In this document: positions 19,578-28,573 of the stretch, in pieces
Layout of the letters: each line of letters opens with the position of its first letter
How positions within the stretch are numbered: position 1 is the first letter of the stretch
Assembly (NCBI GenBank): GCA_964518625.1
Contig: CAZFHC010000005.1
Coordinates: forward strand, 1 to 37,451
DNA length: 37,451 nt
Direction: 5' to 3'
Source: Candidatus Woesearchaeota archaeon
Lineage (GTDB): Archaea; Nanobdellota; Nanobdellia; Pacearchaeales; GW2011-AR1
Notes under the pieces: generated by a model
Seen by the model: the letters and a program-made list of their open reading frames with translations, nothing else
Told to the model about the DNA's origin: nothing
The model's database searches: none
Program-made: the position numbers and the translations under genes

Positions 19578-20048
19578 ATGATAAAAGTATGTTCAAATTG
19601 TGGTGAAAAAAAAGAGCATCATGCAAAAGGGTTATGTTATAGTTGTTATAAAAAGCTAAATTGGAAGCCAAAAATAAAAATATGCAAACGGTGTAAAAAA
19701 AAAAGAGCGATACATGCCAAAGGTTTGTGTGCCTCATGTTATAATTACACTTTTCATCTCGATAAAAATAGAGCATATAATCAAAGAAAAGCTAATAATA
19801 TAGATCTAACAACATATAGAAAACTAACAAAAGAGTGTGTACTCTGCGGATTTAATAAAATTGTTGAGATTCATCACTTAGATTTTAATAAAAAAAACAA
19901 TTCTTCAGAAAATTTAATAGGATTATGCCCAAATCATCACAGAATGGTTAATAATTATAATTATAAGTATGAAATATTTCAAGAATTACAAAAAAAGGGA
20001 TATATATTACCAAAAGACATCAAAATAGATTTTCACAAAAAAGGATAA
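19578..20048 (+). CDS. HNH endonuclease-like protein with two tandem N-terminal Zn fingers
   Basis: CxxC-x6-HAKGLCxSCY twice, then CVLCG...EIHHLD...NNSSENLIGLCPNHH. Confidence 0.8.
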   Translation: MIKVCSNCGEKKEHHAKGLCYSCYKKLNWKPKIKICKRCKKKRAIHAKGLCASCYNYTFHLDKNRAYNQRKANNIDLTTYRKLTKECVLCGFNKIVEIHHLDFNKKNNSSENLIGLCPNHHRMVNNYNYKYEIFQELQKKGYILPKDIKIDFHKKG

Positions 20049-20549
20049 TCCCTAAGAATATTTCATTTCAAAATGAACAGCTTAGACCTTTAGTTAAAAG
20101 TACTACCTTTAACAGAATAAAACATTAACATTAAAAAAAAGTCTTCTTAAAAGAGCTAAAAACCATTACCATCAAAAAATCTAACAACTAGACATCAAAA
20201 TCTAAAAATATAAAATAAAAAGTTCGCACAATAACCAAATTTACCCATTTTAAAACAAGAAAAGTGAGAGTTAATAAAATAAATATTTTTATTATTAAAA
20301 ACAAAAACAATATAAAATATATAAGAAAAGTGAGAAAAAAGGAAAAAAATAAATATAATAGAGAAAAGTGAGTTTTTCATTTTAAAAAAATATCGACGAT
20401 AAAAGATAAAAGATTTCATCAAAACAAGAAAAAAAACAAGAAAAAAAACAATACAAGTTATTATTCGTTTTAACGAATAACTAAAAAGACATTCAATAGT
20501 GATTCTATAAATATAAAAACAAAAAGTTCGTACAATCTTAGAGGTAAAT

Positions 20550-21377
20550 ATGAATAAAAACGAATTTCTTAAACAACTAGAGATAGAATTGAAAATATCA
20601 AAAAATTCTAAATATACGTTACGAAATTATATGAAAGCTAATGAAGAATTGCTAAAATTTGTAGATAAATATCCAAAAGAGATAGAGACAAATGATATAA
20701 AATTATATCTAGCTGATAATTATTCAAATAAAGCAACAAGTTCTGTTATACTTTTCTTATCAGCAATAAGATATGCCCATCTTTCTATATTTAATAGAGA
20801 TCCAACTCAATCAATAAAACGTCCGAAAAAAGAAAAAAGAATACCAACAGTATTAACAAAAGAAGAAGTTAAAAAATTAATCAATATAATAAATAATCAA
20901 AAATCCAAACTAATAGTCTCTTTAATGTATGCATGTGGACTAAGAGTATCAGAATTAGTTAATTTAACGATAAAAGATATGGATTTTGATAATAGAATTG
21001 GATATGTACGACAATCAAAAGGGAAAAAAGATAGAGTATTCAATATACCTCTATTTCTATTTGATAACCTTTTTTATCAATCAGAAGAACAAAAAAGAAA
21101 AAACAAAATTTTCTTATTTACAGGACCAAAAGGAAAACTGACAACAAGAAATATTCAAAAAATAGTGCAAAAAGCCTCGATTAAATTAGATTTAAATAAA
21201 AGTATTCATTGTCATACACTGAGACATTCATTTGCTACACATCTCTTAGAAAACAATGTCGATATTCGTAAGATACAAGAACTTCTTGGACATGCAGATT
21301 TATCAACAACACAAATTTATACACACATCTCAAATAATGAATTAAAAAAAATAAAATCTCCAATAGATTCATTATAA
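20550..21377 (+). CDS. xerA: Tyrosine recombinase XerA (XerC/D family)
   Basis: GLRVSEL, KGKKDR, HTLRHSFATHLL, LLGH, TTQIY; GAGGT Shine-Dalgarno-like sequence upstream. Confidence 0.93.
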   Translation: MNKNEFLKQLEIELKISKNSKYTLRNYMKANEELLKFVDKYPKEIETNDIKLYLADNYSNKATSSVILFLSAIRYAHLSIFNRDPTQSIKRPKKEKRIPTVLTKEEVKKLINIINNQKSKLIVSLMYACGLRVSELVNLTIKDMDFDNRIGYVRQSKGKKDRVFNIPLFLFDNLFYQSEEQKRKNKIFLFTGPKGKLTTRNIQKIVQKASIKLDLNKSIHCHTLRHSFATHLLENNVDIRKIQELLGHADLSTTQIYTHISNNELKKIKSPIDSL

Positions 21378-21438
21378 ACAGCTGTCCAAAAAACAAACAG
21401 CACCATAACTTTAAAAGTTAATTTCAAGTTTTATTAAC

Positions 21439-22083
21439 ATGGCAATAAAAACTCCAAGTATTCTACCAGGTGAACCAGGATGGGAAGCATTACAAAAGAA
21501 AAAGGCTAAAGCAAAACAACAAAAAGCGGTTAAAAATAGAAAAAGAACCCCAGATCAGATAGGAAAAATAGTCTTGGGAAACAAGGCTTTTAGATTCGGA
21601 TTACCATTTACTAATCATAAAAAACAAACAAAGTATTTTATGTGGAGATATAGAAAAAAAATAGGTGAAATTATAGTAACAGATGAAGGAGAGGAATCTG
21701 AAAAAATAGAATTAACATTTCAAAGATTAAAAAGTATAGGAAATTATAAAGCATTAATAGGAGATTCTGATTTTCAAAAAACATGGGAAGCAAGAGAACA
21801 AGAACTTTTGTCAGAACAAACAACTTGTCATTTATGTGGTAAGAAAATATCAAAAACTGCAAAACCAAACGTCTATCATTATAATCTTTTTAAAAAAAGA
21901 GCAGATATTTTAGAAAGGTCAGCGAAAGTTTCTGAAGAGGTAAACAATGGTAAATTGACAATAGCTGAAGGTTGGGATAAATTCAATGATATATTAGAAG
22001 AAGGTAATAGATATTTTATGTCATTAAAAGAAACAGCATTGATTTGCCCAAATTGTGCTAGATTAAAACAATTATATAATTAA
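21439..22083 (+). CDS. Hypothetical basic Zn-binding protein
   Basis: CHLCG and ICPNC pairs separated by a helical insert; loosely HNH-like. Confidence 0.55.
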   Translation: MAIKTPSILPGEPGWEALQKKKAKAKQQKAVKNRKRTPDQIGKIVLGNKAFRFGLPFTNHKKQTKYFMWRYRKKIGEIIVTDEGEESEKIELTFQRLKSIGNYKALIGDSDFQKTWEAREQELLSEQTTCHLCGKKISKTAKPNVYHYNLFKKRADILERSAKVSEEVNNGKLTIAEGWDKFNDILEEGNRYFMSLKETALICPNCARLKQLYN

Positions 22084-22110
22084 GGATTTTTAAATTAAAA
22101 AATATAGTAA

Positions 22111-22818
22111 TTATGCCAGAAGACTGGTTTCTCTCTCACTACACTTACCATCAAAGTTAACCTTTCTAATTAAAATTCCTTTTCTCTTTGATTCTTTTCT
22201 AATTTCAGCAGGTTTCATACCAGTCATATCTCTAGGATAAACAATCCCATCAATTTTTATTTCATGAGAAACATTCAATGTTGTCCAACCCTTATCAATA
22301 CCCCAAAAAATATCATCTAGAAATTTTTGATCATTAGTTTTAATTGTACAAAAATCAGCTACAGTTTCACCATCTTTTTCTTTACCTGATTTTCCAGCTT
22401 TAGGAGACTTTGCTCTTATTTTGATATTAGAATCAGTTCCTTTAAAACTCAATGCAAAAAAAGCTTTTGGATATTTATCCATTAAACCTAAAATTTCTTT
22501 AGGATTAACTTCTGTCTTTAATATTAACTTCTTTACACCCTGAAATTGACTAACTTTTTCAATTTTAAAAGTGGCTTCATCTGCAATATCTAAAGTAGTT
22601 GAAATAATTCCAGTTACAGGGACACTCTCTCCAGCTTTTGGTAAAAAATATCTAACAACATGATTAACAAATTCAGGACCAGTTTTAATTGCCCACTTAT
22701 TAGCTTGTTTTTTTCCTTGAATCAAATATCTATCTTTAAAATCACCACGAGAAAATTTAACAAAATCATTATGAATTTCATCGTCAAAATCACCATCAAA
22801 AATCTTTTTAATAATCAT
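22111..22818 (-). CDS. Hypothetical protein
   Basis: 235-aa ORF with normal protein composition; no motif recognised. Confidence 0.65.
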   Translation of the reverse strand: MIIKKIFDGDFDDEIHNDFVKFSRGDFKDRYLIQGKKQANKWAIKTGPEFVNHVVRYFLPKAGESVPVTGIISTTLDIADEATFKIEKVSQFQGVKKLILKTEVNPKEILGLMDKYPKAFFALSFKGTDSNIKIRAKSPKAGKSGKEKDGETVADFCTIKTNDQKFLDDIFWGIDKGWTTLNVSHEIKIDGIVYPRDMTGMKPAEIRKESKRKGILIRKVNFDGKCSERETSLLA

Positions 22819-22931
22819 AAGTCATCAAGAAACGTTTTCTTTATAAGTTTTACTTGTCATTTCAACAGAAATACTCTATAACATCAATAAAACACAATAA
22901 TCCTTAAAAGAAAACATCTACTAACTCTAAT

Positions 22932-24527
22932 ATGTCGGAAGAAATAATACCTCAAGATACAGAAAGAATAATAGGTAAAACAGCTCAGAGGAATAATATA
23001 CTGGCAGCAAGAATAATTGCAGAAACAGTAAAAACTACATTAGGACCAAAAGGGATGGATAAAATGTTGGTAGATAGGGTAGGAAATGTTATAGTAACAA
23101 ATGATGGTGTTACAATTCTAGAAGAAATGGAAATAGAACATCCAGCAGCAAAAATGTTAGTAGAAGTTGCCAAAAGTCAAGAAGAAGAGGTTGGTGATGG
23201 AACAACAACAGCTGTAATGTTAGCAGGGAAATTATTAGAAAATGCAGAAAAACTGTTAGACAAAAAAATACATCCAACTGTTATAACAAAAGGGTATAGA
23301 TTAGCTCAACAAAAAGCATTAGAAATTCTAAAAGATATTTCTTATGAGATTAATGATGAAACAGAATTAGCTCAAGTTGCTCAAACAGCAATGACAGGTA
23401 AAGGCGCAGAATATTTACGAGAAAAGTTTTCTCAAATAATAGTAGATGCAGTTAAAATTGTTACAGAAAACAATATTTTTGATATGAGTGATATAAGAAT
23501 AGAAAAACAAAAAGGAGAATCAATAGAGCAAACAGAATTAGTAAAAGGAATAGTTTTGGACAAAGAGAGGGTGTCTATAGAAATGCCTCAAAGGGTAGAA
23601 AATGCAAAAATATTGTTATTAGAAGAAGCATTAGAAATAAGAACACCAGAGATGGATTCCAAAATATCGATAGCATCACCAGAGCAATTACAAAATTTTT
23701 TATCTCAAGAAGATTTAATTTTAAAAAATAAAGTTGAAAAAATAAAAGCAACTGGTGCAAATGTGATAATTTGTCAAAGAGGAATTGACGAAGTTGTCCA
23801 ATTTTATTTATCAAAAGCAGGCATTTATGCTATTCGTAGAGTCCCAAAATCAGATATGCAGTCTATTTCAAAAGCAACCGGTGCGAGAATACTTTCTAAA
23901 TTAACAGAGGTAAATCAAGAAGATATCGGGTATGCACAATTGGTATTAGAGAAAAAAGAATCAGAACAAGGATTTACTTATATCACAGGATGTTCAAATC
24001 CAAAGACATTAACAATTTTGATTAGAGGTGGGAGCGAACATGTTATGGATGAAATAGAAAGAGCTATCAAAGATGCATTAGGAGATGTTGCTGCATTACT
24101 AAAAGATTCAAAAATAGTGTCAGGTGGTGGTGCAACAGAAATAGAAATGTCTAAACAACTAAAACAATATGCTCAAACCCTGACAGGAAGAGAACAATTA
24201 GCTGTTGAACAATTTGCAGAAGCCTTAGAATATATTCCAATAACTTTGGCAGAAAATGCTGGACTAGATCCGATAGATATTTTAACAGAACTAAAATCAG
24301 CTCACGAGTCAGGGCAATCCAATTTTGGACTAAATCTATTTACATCAAAAATAGAAAATACACTAACGGCAGGAATAATAGAACCCCTAAAAGTAAAAAC
24401 ACAAGCTATAAGTTCAGCAACAGAAGTTGCAATAATGATATTAAGAATTGATGATGTAATAGCTGCAAGAAGAAAAGGTGGACATTCACTTAAAAATCCG
24501 TCTGAAATGTTAGATTACGAATATTAA
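22932..24527 (+). CDS. ths: Thermosome (group II chaperonin) subunit
   Basis: [44 protein letters not shown]. Confidence 0.97.
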   Translation: MSEEIIPQDTERIIGKTAQRNNILAARIIAETVKTTLGPKGMDKMLVDRVGNVIVTNDGVTILEEMEIEHPAAKMLVEVAKSQEEEVGDGTTTAVMLAGKLLENAEKLLDKKIHPTVITKGYRLAQQKALEILKDISYEINDETELAQVAQTAMTGKGAEYLREKFSQIIVDAVKIVTENNIFDMSDIRIEKQKGESIEQTELVKGIVLDKERVSIEMPQRVENAKILLLEEALEIRTPEMDSKISIASPEQLQNFLSQEDLILKNKVEKIKATGANVIICQRGIDEVVQFYLSKAGIYAIRRVPKSDMQSISKATGARILSKLTEVNQEDIGYAQLVLEKKESEQGFTYITGCSNPKTLTILIRGGSEHVMDEIERAIKDALGDVAALLKDSKIVSGGGATEIEMSKQLKQYAQTLTGREQLAVEQFAEALEYIPITLAENAGLDPIDILTELKSAHESGQSNFGLNLFTSKIENTLTAGIIEPLKVKTQAISSATEVAIMILRIDDVIAARRKGGHSLKNPSEMLDYEY

Positions 24528-24606
24528 ATTAGAAATAGATCTTAAAAATATATCTAAAATGCTAGACTACTAATCTTAAATTAAAAATATACCTAAAAAA
24601 TAAAAA

Positions 24607-24717
24607 TTATTTGTTTCTATGTAACTTTCTTTTACGTTTCTCAGTTTTAAGTCTCTTCCTTTGCCATTTCCAACGCATCTGACCTTTCTTTTTCCATCTT
24701 CTACTAGATCTTTTCAT
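24607..24717 (-). CDS. rpl41e: Ribosomal protein L41e (eS32), archaeal long form
   Basis: Not in the ORF track. MKRSSRRWKKKGQMRWKWQRKRLKTEKRKRKLHRNK* matches the archaeal WKKKGxMRWKW pattern. Confidence 0.88.
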   Translation of the reverse strand: MKRSSRRWKKKGQMRWKWQRKRLKTEKRKRKLHRNK

Positions 24718-24812
24718 AAATATAAGGCTAATTTTAGCTTTATAAAAGTTTGTATAATAAAAAAGATACAATCCGATAGATTTTTAATAAAAAAATCATT
24801 AACAAAATCAAT

Positions 24813-24885
24813 AGTCCCGTAGTCTAGTGGTCAAGGATATTGGACCCTGGATCCGATGACCCAGGTTCGAATCCTGGCGGGGCTA
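24813..24885 (+). tRNA. tRNA-Gln (anticodon CTG)
   Basis: Acceptor AGTCCCG/CGGGGCT with the archaeal Gln A1-U72 pair; anticodon arm TTGGA-CCCTGGA-TCCGA; T arm CCAGG-TTCGAAT-CCTGG; no intron and no encoded CCA. Confidence 0.92.
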
Positions 24886-24986
24886 TTTTATTATTACAAA
24901 AAGAAAAGGTTCAACAAAAATTAATTATAAAAACTCAGAATATATTGCGTACTAATCTTTATAACTCTCTAAAACAATAATAAATT

Positions 24987-25508
24987 ATGAAAATCCAAGC
25001 AGTATTACTAAGTAAAAAAATTAGTTCCAATTCAAAAGAAGCATTTGATTTATTCTCAACACAAAGATTTGGAGAGAAGGATGGTGATAAAATATACTAC
25101 ATGTTAGAAGAAGCATATTACTTAATAGAAAAAAACAAAATTCAAGTATATTCATCCACATATAAAGAATTATCAAAAGAAACAGTCTTAAATAAATTTA
25201 CAAAAATAGATAAAAATTTCCAAATTAATTATATAGCATATAAAGATCTAAAGAAGAAAAGTTATTTAGTAAAAACAGGATTAAAATTTGGTGGTACATT
25301 TAGGGTCTATGATAAAGGATCAATAATAGGTAAGTCACATTCAAAGTGGGTATGTTTTGCAATTGACTCTAAAGAGAAAAATACATGGCAAGATTTTGCA
25401 GCAAAAAATAGAGTAGCTCACTCAACAAAAAAATCACTTCTAATTGCAATCGTTGATCCAGAAAATGACGTAACATACTACGAATCATCTTGGCGAAAAA
25501 TCATATAA
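24987..25508 (+). CDS. endA: tRNA-splicing endonuclease (single short unit)
   Basis: LEEAYYL, AYKDLKKKSYLVKTGLKFGGTFRVY, SHSKW, RVAHSTKKSLLIAIVD; catalytic Tyr, His and Lys are present. Confidence 0.93.
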   Translation: MKIQAVLLSKKISSNSKEAFDLFSTQRFGEKDGDKIYYMLEEAYYLIEKNKIQVYSSTYKELSKETVLNKFTKIDKNFQINYIAYKDLKKKSYLVKTGLKFGGTFRVYDKGSIIGKSHSKWVCFAIDSKEKNTWQDFAAKNRVAHSTKKSLLIAIVDPENDVTYYESSWRKII

Positions 25509-25551
25509 ATACCAAACATTTTTAAACATAAAATTCAAACTAATATTATTA

Positions 25552-25590
25552 TCAGGTGCAAACCCGCAAGGAAGTAGCATTAACTCCTGA
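25552..25590 (+). promoter_or_regulatory. Candidate structured 5' leader of the uS2 gene
   Basis: TCAGG...CCTGA outer stem enclosing a TGC/GCA stem and a CC-GCAA-GG GNRA hairpin, in an otherwise AT-rich spacer. Confidence 0.45.
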
Positions 25591-25605
25591 ACTTATTATA
25601 AAAAG

Positions 25606-26472
25606 ATGGCAAAAGAAGAAATCAAAAAAGAAGAGAAAGCTGCAGAAATTAGTGAGAAGTTTACACCAGTAGAGGATGGTGAAGCAATCAAAGAAAACAC
25701 AGTTTTAACTCCAATTGAAGATTATATTAAAACAGCTTCATATTTGGGAACAAAAGTAATTACACCCTCAATGAGAAAATATATTTATAGAAGAAGATTA
25801 GATGGATTAGCAATTCTTAATACATTATTAGTAGATAAAAAATTATCAGAAGCAATAGATTTCGTAAAACAATATAAACCAGATGAGTGGACACTAATCT
25901 GTAAAAGAGAGGCAGGATGGAGAGCAACAAAAATGTTTTCAGAATTAACAGGTGTGAAAGTTTTTACAAAAAAGTATCCATCAGGAATATTAACAAATAC
26001 GAAGTTAGATAATTTTATTGAAACAAAAATGATAATGATTTGTGATCCATGGTTAGATAAAAATGCTCTAAAAGATGCAAAGAAAATAAAACTTCCAGTA
26101 GTCGCAGTTTGTGACACAAACAATCATACAGTAAATATCGATGTTGTAGCAATAGCAAATAATAAATCAAATAAATCATTAGGATTAGTCTTCTGGTTAT
26201 TGGCAAGAGAATATATGAAAGCACATAATATCGAAAAAGAACTTCCAAGTTTAGAAGAATTTGTTGGGGAGAAATTAATATTAGAAGAACCAAAGAAAAA
26301 GAAGAAGATGAAAGAAAAGAAAGAAAAAGATTTGAAAAGTGCTGAAGATGCAATCGAAGAAAGAATGAAACAAATTGCAGAAAAAGAAGATAATACTGTA
26401 AAATCTGAGAATAAAGACGATGTCGAAAGTAAGGTTGTAAAGGTAAGCGAAGGCGCTAGTCAAGGTGTTTAA
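25606..26472 (+). CDS. rps2: 30S ribosomal protein uS2
   Basis: YIYRRRLDGLAILN, YPSGILTN, DPWLDKNA, AVCDTNN, NNKSNKSLGLVFWLLARE; charged extensions at both ends. Confidence 0.95.
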   Translation: MAKEEIKKEEKAAEISEKFTPVEDGEAIKENTVLTPIEDYIKTASYLGTKVITPSMRKYIYRRRLDGLAILNTLLVDKKLSEAIDFVKQYKPDEWTLICKREAGWRATKMFSELTGVKVFTKKYPSGILTNTKLDNFIETKMIMICDPWLDKNALKDAKKIKLPVVAVCDTNNHTVNIDVVAIANNKSNKSLGLVFWLLAREYMKAHNIEKELPSLEEFVGEKLILEEPKKKKKMKEKKEKDLKSAEDAIEERMKQIAEKEDNTVKSENKDDVESKVVKVSEGASQGV

Positions 26473-26483
26473 TTTTTTTTAAA

Positions 26484-27701
26484 TTAATTTTTTTTATGAA
26501 GATTTTTTTCTATATCTAATAATCTTTTATGTTTAACTAATCTCTCTTGTCCCAGAATCCCACACTTAATGAAATCAGCATCAAATCCGACAGCTAAATC
26601 AGCAAGAAGAGTATCTTTTGTTTCTCCAGACCGATGAGAAAATATCATCTTAATATGTTTCTTTTTACAAATTTCAACAACTTTTTTAACTTCTAAAATC
26701 GAACCAATTTGATTAGGTTTTATTATAATAGCATTAATTGATTTTCCTCTAAGAGCTTTATTTAATCTTACAACATTTGTAGTGGTCAAATCATCTCCAA
26801 CAATTAATATATTTCTTTTTCCCATAGAATCCAATATTTCTTTAAATCCAGAGAAATCATCTTCTCCCATAGGATCCTCAATATAGAATAAATTATATTT
26901 TTCAATAATTCTTTTCATATAATCAATTTGATCCAATCTATCTCGAACAAGTTTTTTATTCTTATAATGATAATATCCATTTTCAAAGAAAGAAGAAGTT
27001 GCAACATCCAAACCAAGACGAACATCATATTTTTCAAGCACTTTCATTAAAATGAATAGGACTTCTTCATTAGACTTATCAGTTCTCCATGCAGACTCAT
27101 CATTTTTAGATTTTGTTTTTAATAAACTCCTAGCATATTCATAAGCACGAATATTCTTAGAAATAGCTTTAGAAAAAGTCTCCTCATGAGGAATTAGTAA
27201 AAATTCTTGAAAATCAGGTCTTTTCCTATTAAGAAATTTAGAGTGAAGTCCACCACCAACACAATTACCAACTGGCATAGGTAGTCTTGGTTTTCGTCCT
27301 TTATTTACATCTTCAAAAATAAATTCCCATATTTGTTTATTATTGTCTTTAGCAGCAGCTTTAAGAAAAACTCCCTGTAAAGCATAAACCACATTTCCTC
27401 CAAGTTTCCCATAATGTTTTTCAAAACGATCAATCATACTCTGTAGCTGCATTAAATCATCAACAACTTTAATTAAAAAGTTCTTATTTTTAACTTTTTC
27501 ACAAAATTCTGTCGTCAATTCAATACTTTTATTCAAACCATCCTTATTATAACTTGCAACTTCATGAATCCCAGTAGATTTACCAGCAGGTGCAGAACAA
27601 TAAAATTTACCTTCATAAGTTTTCAAAATAATTTCTACAGTTTTTTCTCCACGAGAATCTTTTATAATTCTCGGCTTCACATCTTTTACAAACATAAACA
27701 T
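26484..27701 (-). CDS. eno: Enolase
   Basis: DSRG, PAGKSTGIHE, FQEF, LDVA, IEDP, VGDDL, IKPNQIG, SHRSGET. Confidence 0.93.
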   Translation of the reverse strand: MFMFVKDVKPRIIKDSRGEKTVEIILKTYEGKFYCSAPAGKSTGIHEVASYNKDGLNKSIELTTEFCEKVKNKNFLIKVVDDLMQLQSMIDRFEKHYGKLGGNVVYALQGVFLKAAAKDNNKQIWEFIFEDVNKGRKPRLPMPVGNCVGGGLHSKFLNRKRPDFQEFLLIPHEETFSKAISKNIRAYEYARSLLKTKSKNDESAWRTDKSNEEVLFILMKVLEKYDVRLGLDVATSSFFENGYYHYKNKKLVRDRLDQIDYMKRIIEKYNLFYIEDPMGEDDFSGFKEILDSMGKRNILIVGDDLTTTNVVRLNKALRGKSINAIIIKPNQIGSILEVKKVVEICKKKHIKMIFSHRSGETKDTLLADLAVGFDADFIKCGILGQERLVKHKRLLDIEKNLHKKN

Positions 27702-27784
27702 TCAAAATAAAAATACTTAATAAATTTATCTAAACAAAACGGAAGTTACAAAGAATTTATAAATAGAAACATCTTAAAATAAGA

Positions 27785-28567
27785 ATGAAAGAGAGGGGAA
27801 TTAATAAGAAAGGTCAATTGACCTTATTTATAATACTTGGAATAATAATTTTTGCAGGAATCTTCGCATTTATTTTTTGGGTTCAACCAACATTTATCTC
27901 AAACAGTGCATCAAAATTAAATTTTGATGGATGTGTTGAAAAAGTCATGACAGATTCAATTACAGAGTTGGCTTTAACGGGTGGATACATAAATCCAGGA
28001 TTCTCTTATATATATAGAGGACAAGAAATTCCATATTTCATTTATACTTCAGAATATTATAAACCAGGTTTAAACCAAAATCCATTTCCAATTAAAAAAT
28101 TTGAAGAAGAGTTGAGTACTTACACAGAATTAGGAATAGAAGGATGTTATTCAAACTCAATTTCCAAACTTAGAAGTTTAGGCTTTGATGTTGTAGAAGG
28201 TAATCCAAAAATAGAAATGATAATGTTTCCAGAATCTGTTAGAGTAATGGTAAACGCACCAACAACAATATCAACTGAGCAATATCAAGAGTTTGTAATA
28301 GATACACCTACAAATATTAATGGAATATTAGAAATAGTAAACAAGATAGTATATGAAGAAGCATTGTATGGAACAACAGATACCTTTGAATTAATGACAA
28401 CAAATAGAGGATATTTAATACAAAATTTCAAACAAAACGATGGGACAAAAATTTTCACGATAGAAGATAAAAATTATGGAACTAAATACCAATTTGCCAC
28501 TAGAAGCTATGTCAGACCAGCAGGATTTGACTCGGATGCTTTATTAGTAGCATTAGACTCAGAATAA
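27785..28567 (+). CDS. Pilin-like protein with class III signal peptide
   Basis: NKKG|QLTLFIILGIIIF. Confidence 0.75.
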   Translation: MKERGINKKGQLTLFIILGIIIFAGIFAFIFWVQPTFISNSASKLNFDGCVEKVMTDSITELALTGGYINPGFSYIYRGQEIPYFIYTSEYYKPGLNQNPFPIKKFEEELSTYTELGIEGCYSNSISKLRSLGFDVVEGNPKIEMIMFPESVRVMVNAPTTISTEQYQEFVIDTPTNINGILEIVNKIVYEEALYGTTDTFELMTTNRGYLIQNFKQNDGTKIFTIEDKNYGTKYQFATRSYVRPAGFDSDALLVALDSE

Positions 28568-28573
28568 AATAAA

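Noticed and set aside
20195..20422. 75-aa Phe-rich ORF on the minus strand
   Set aside because: It is the antisense reading of an A-rich, motif-bearing spacer and has no protein-like features.
19578..22083. Provirus or integrative element around the tyrosine recombinase
   Set aside because: The recombinase is a compact Xer type; there are no capsid, packaging or replication genes and no tRNA-derived att duplication.
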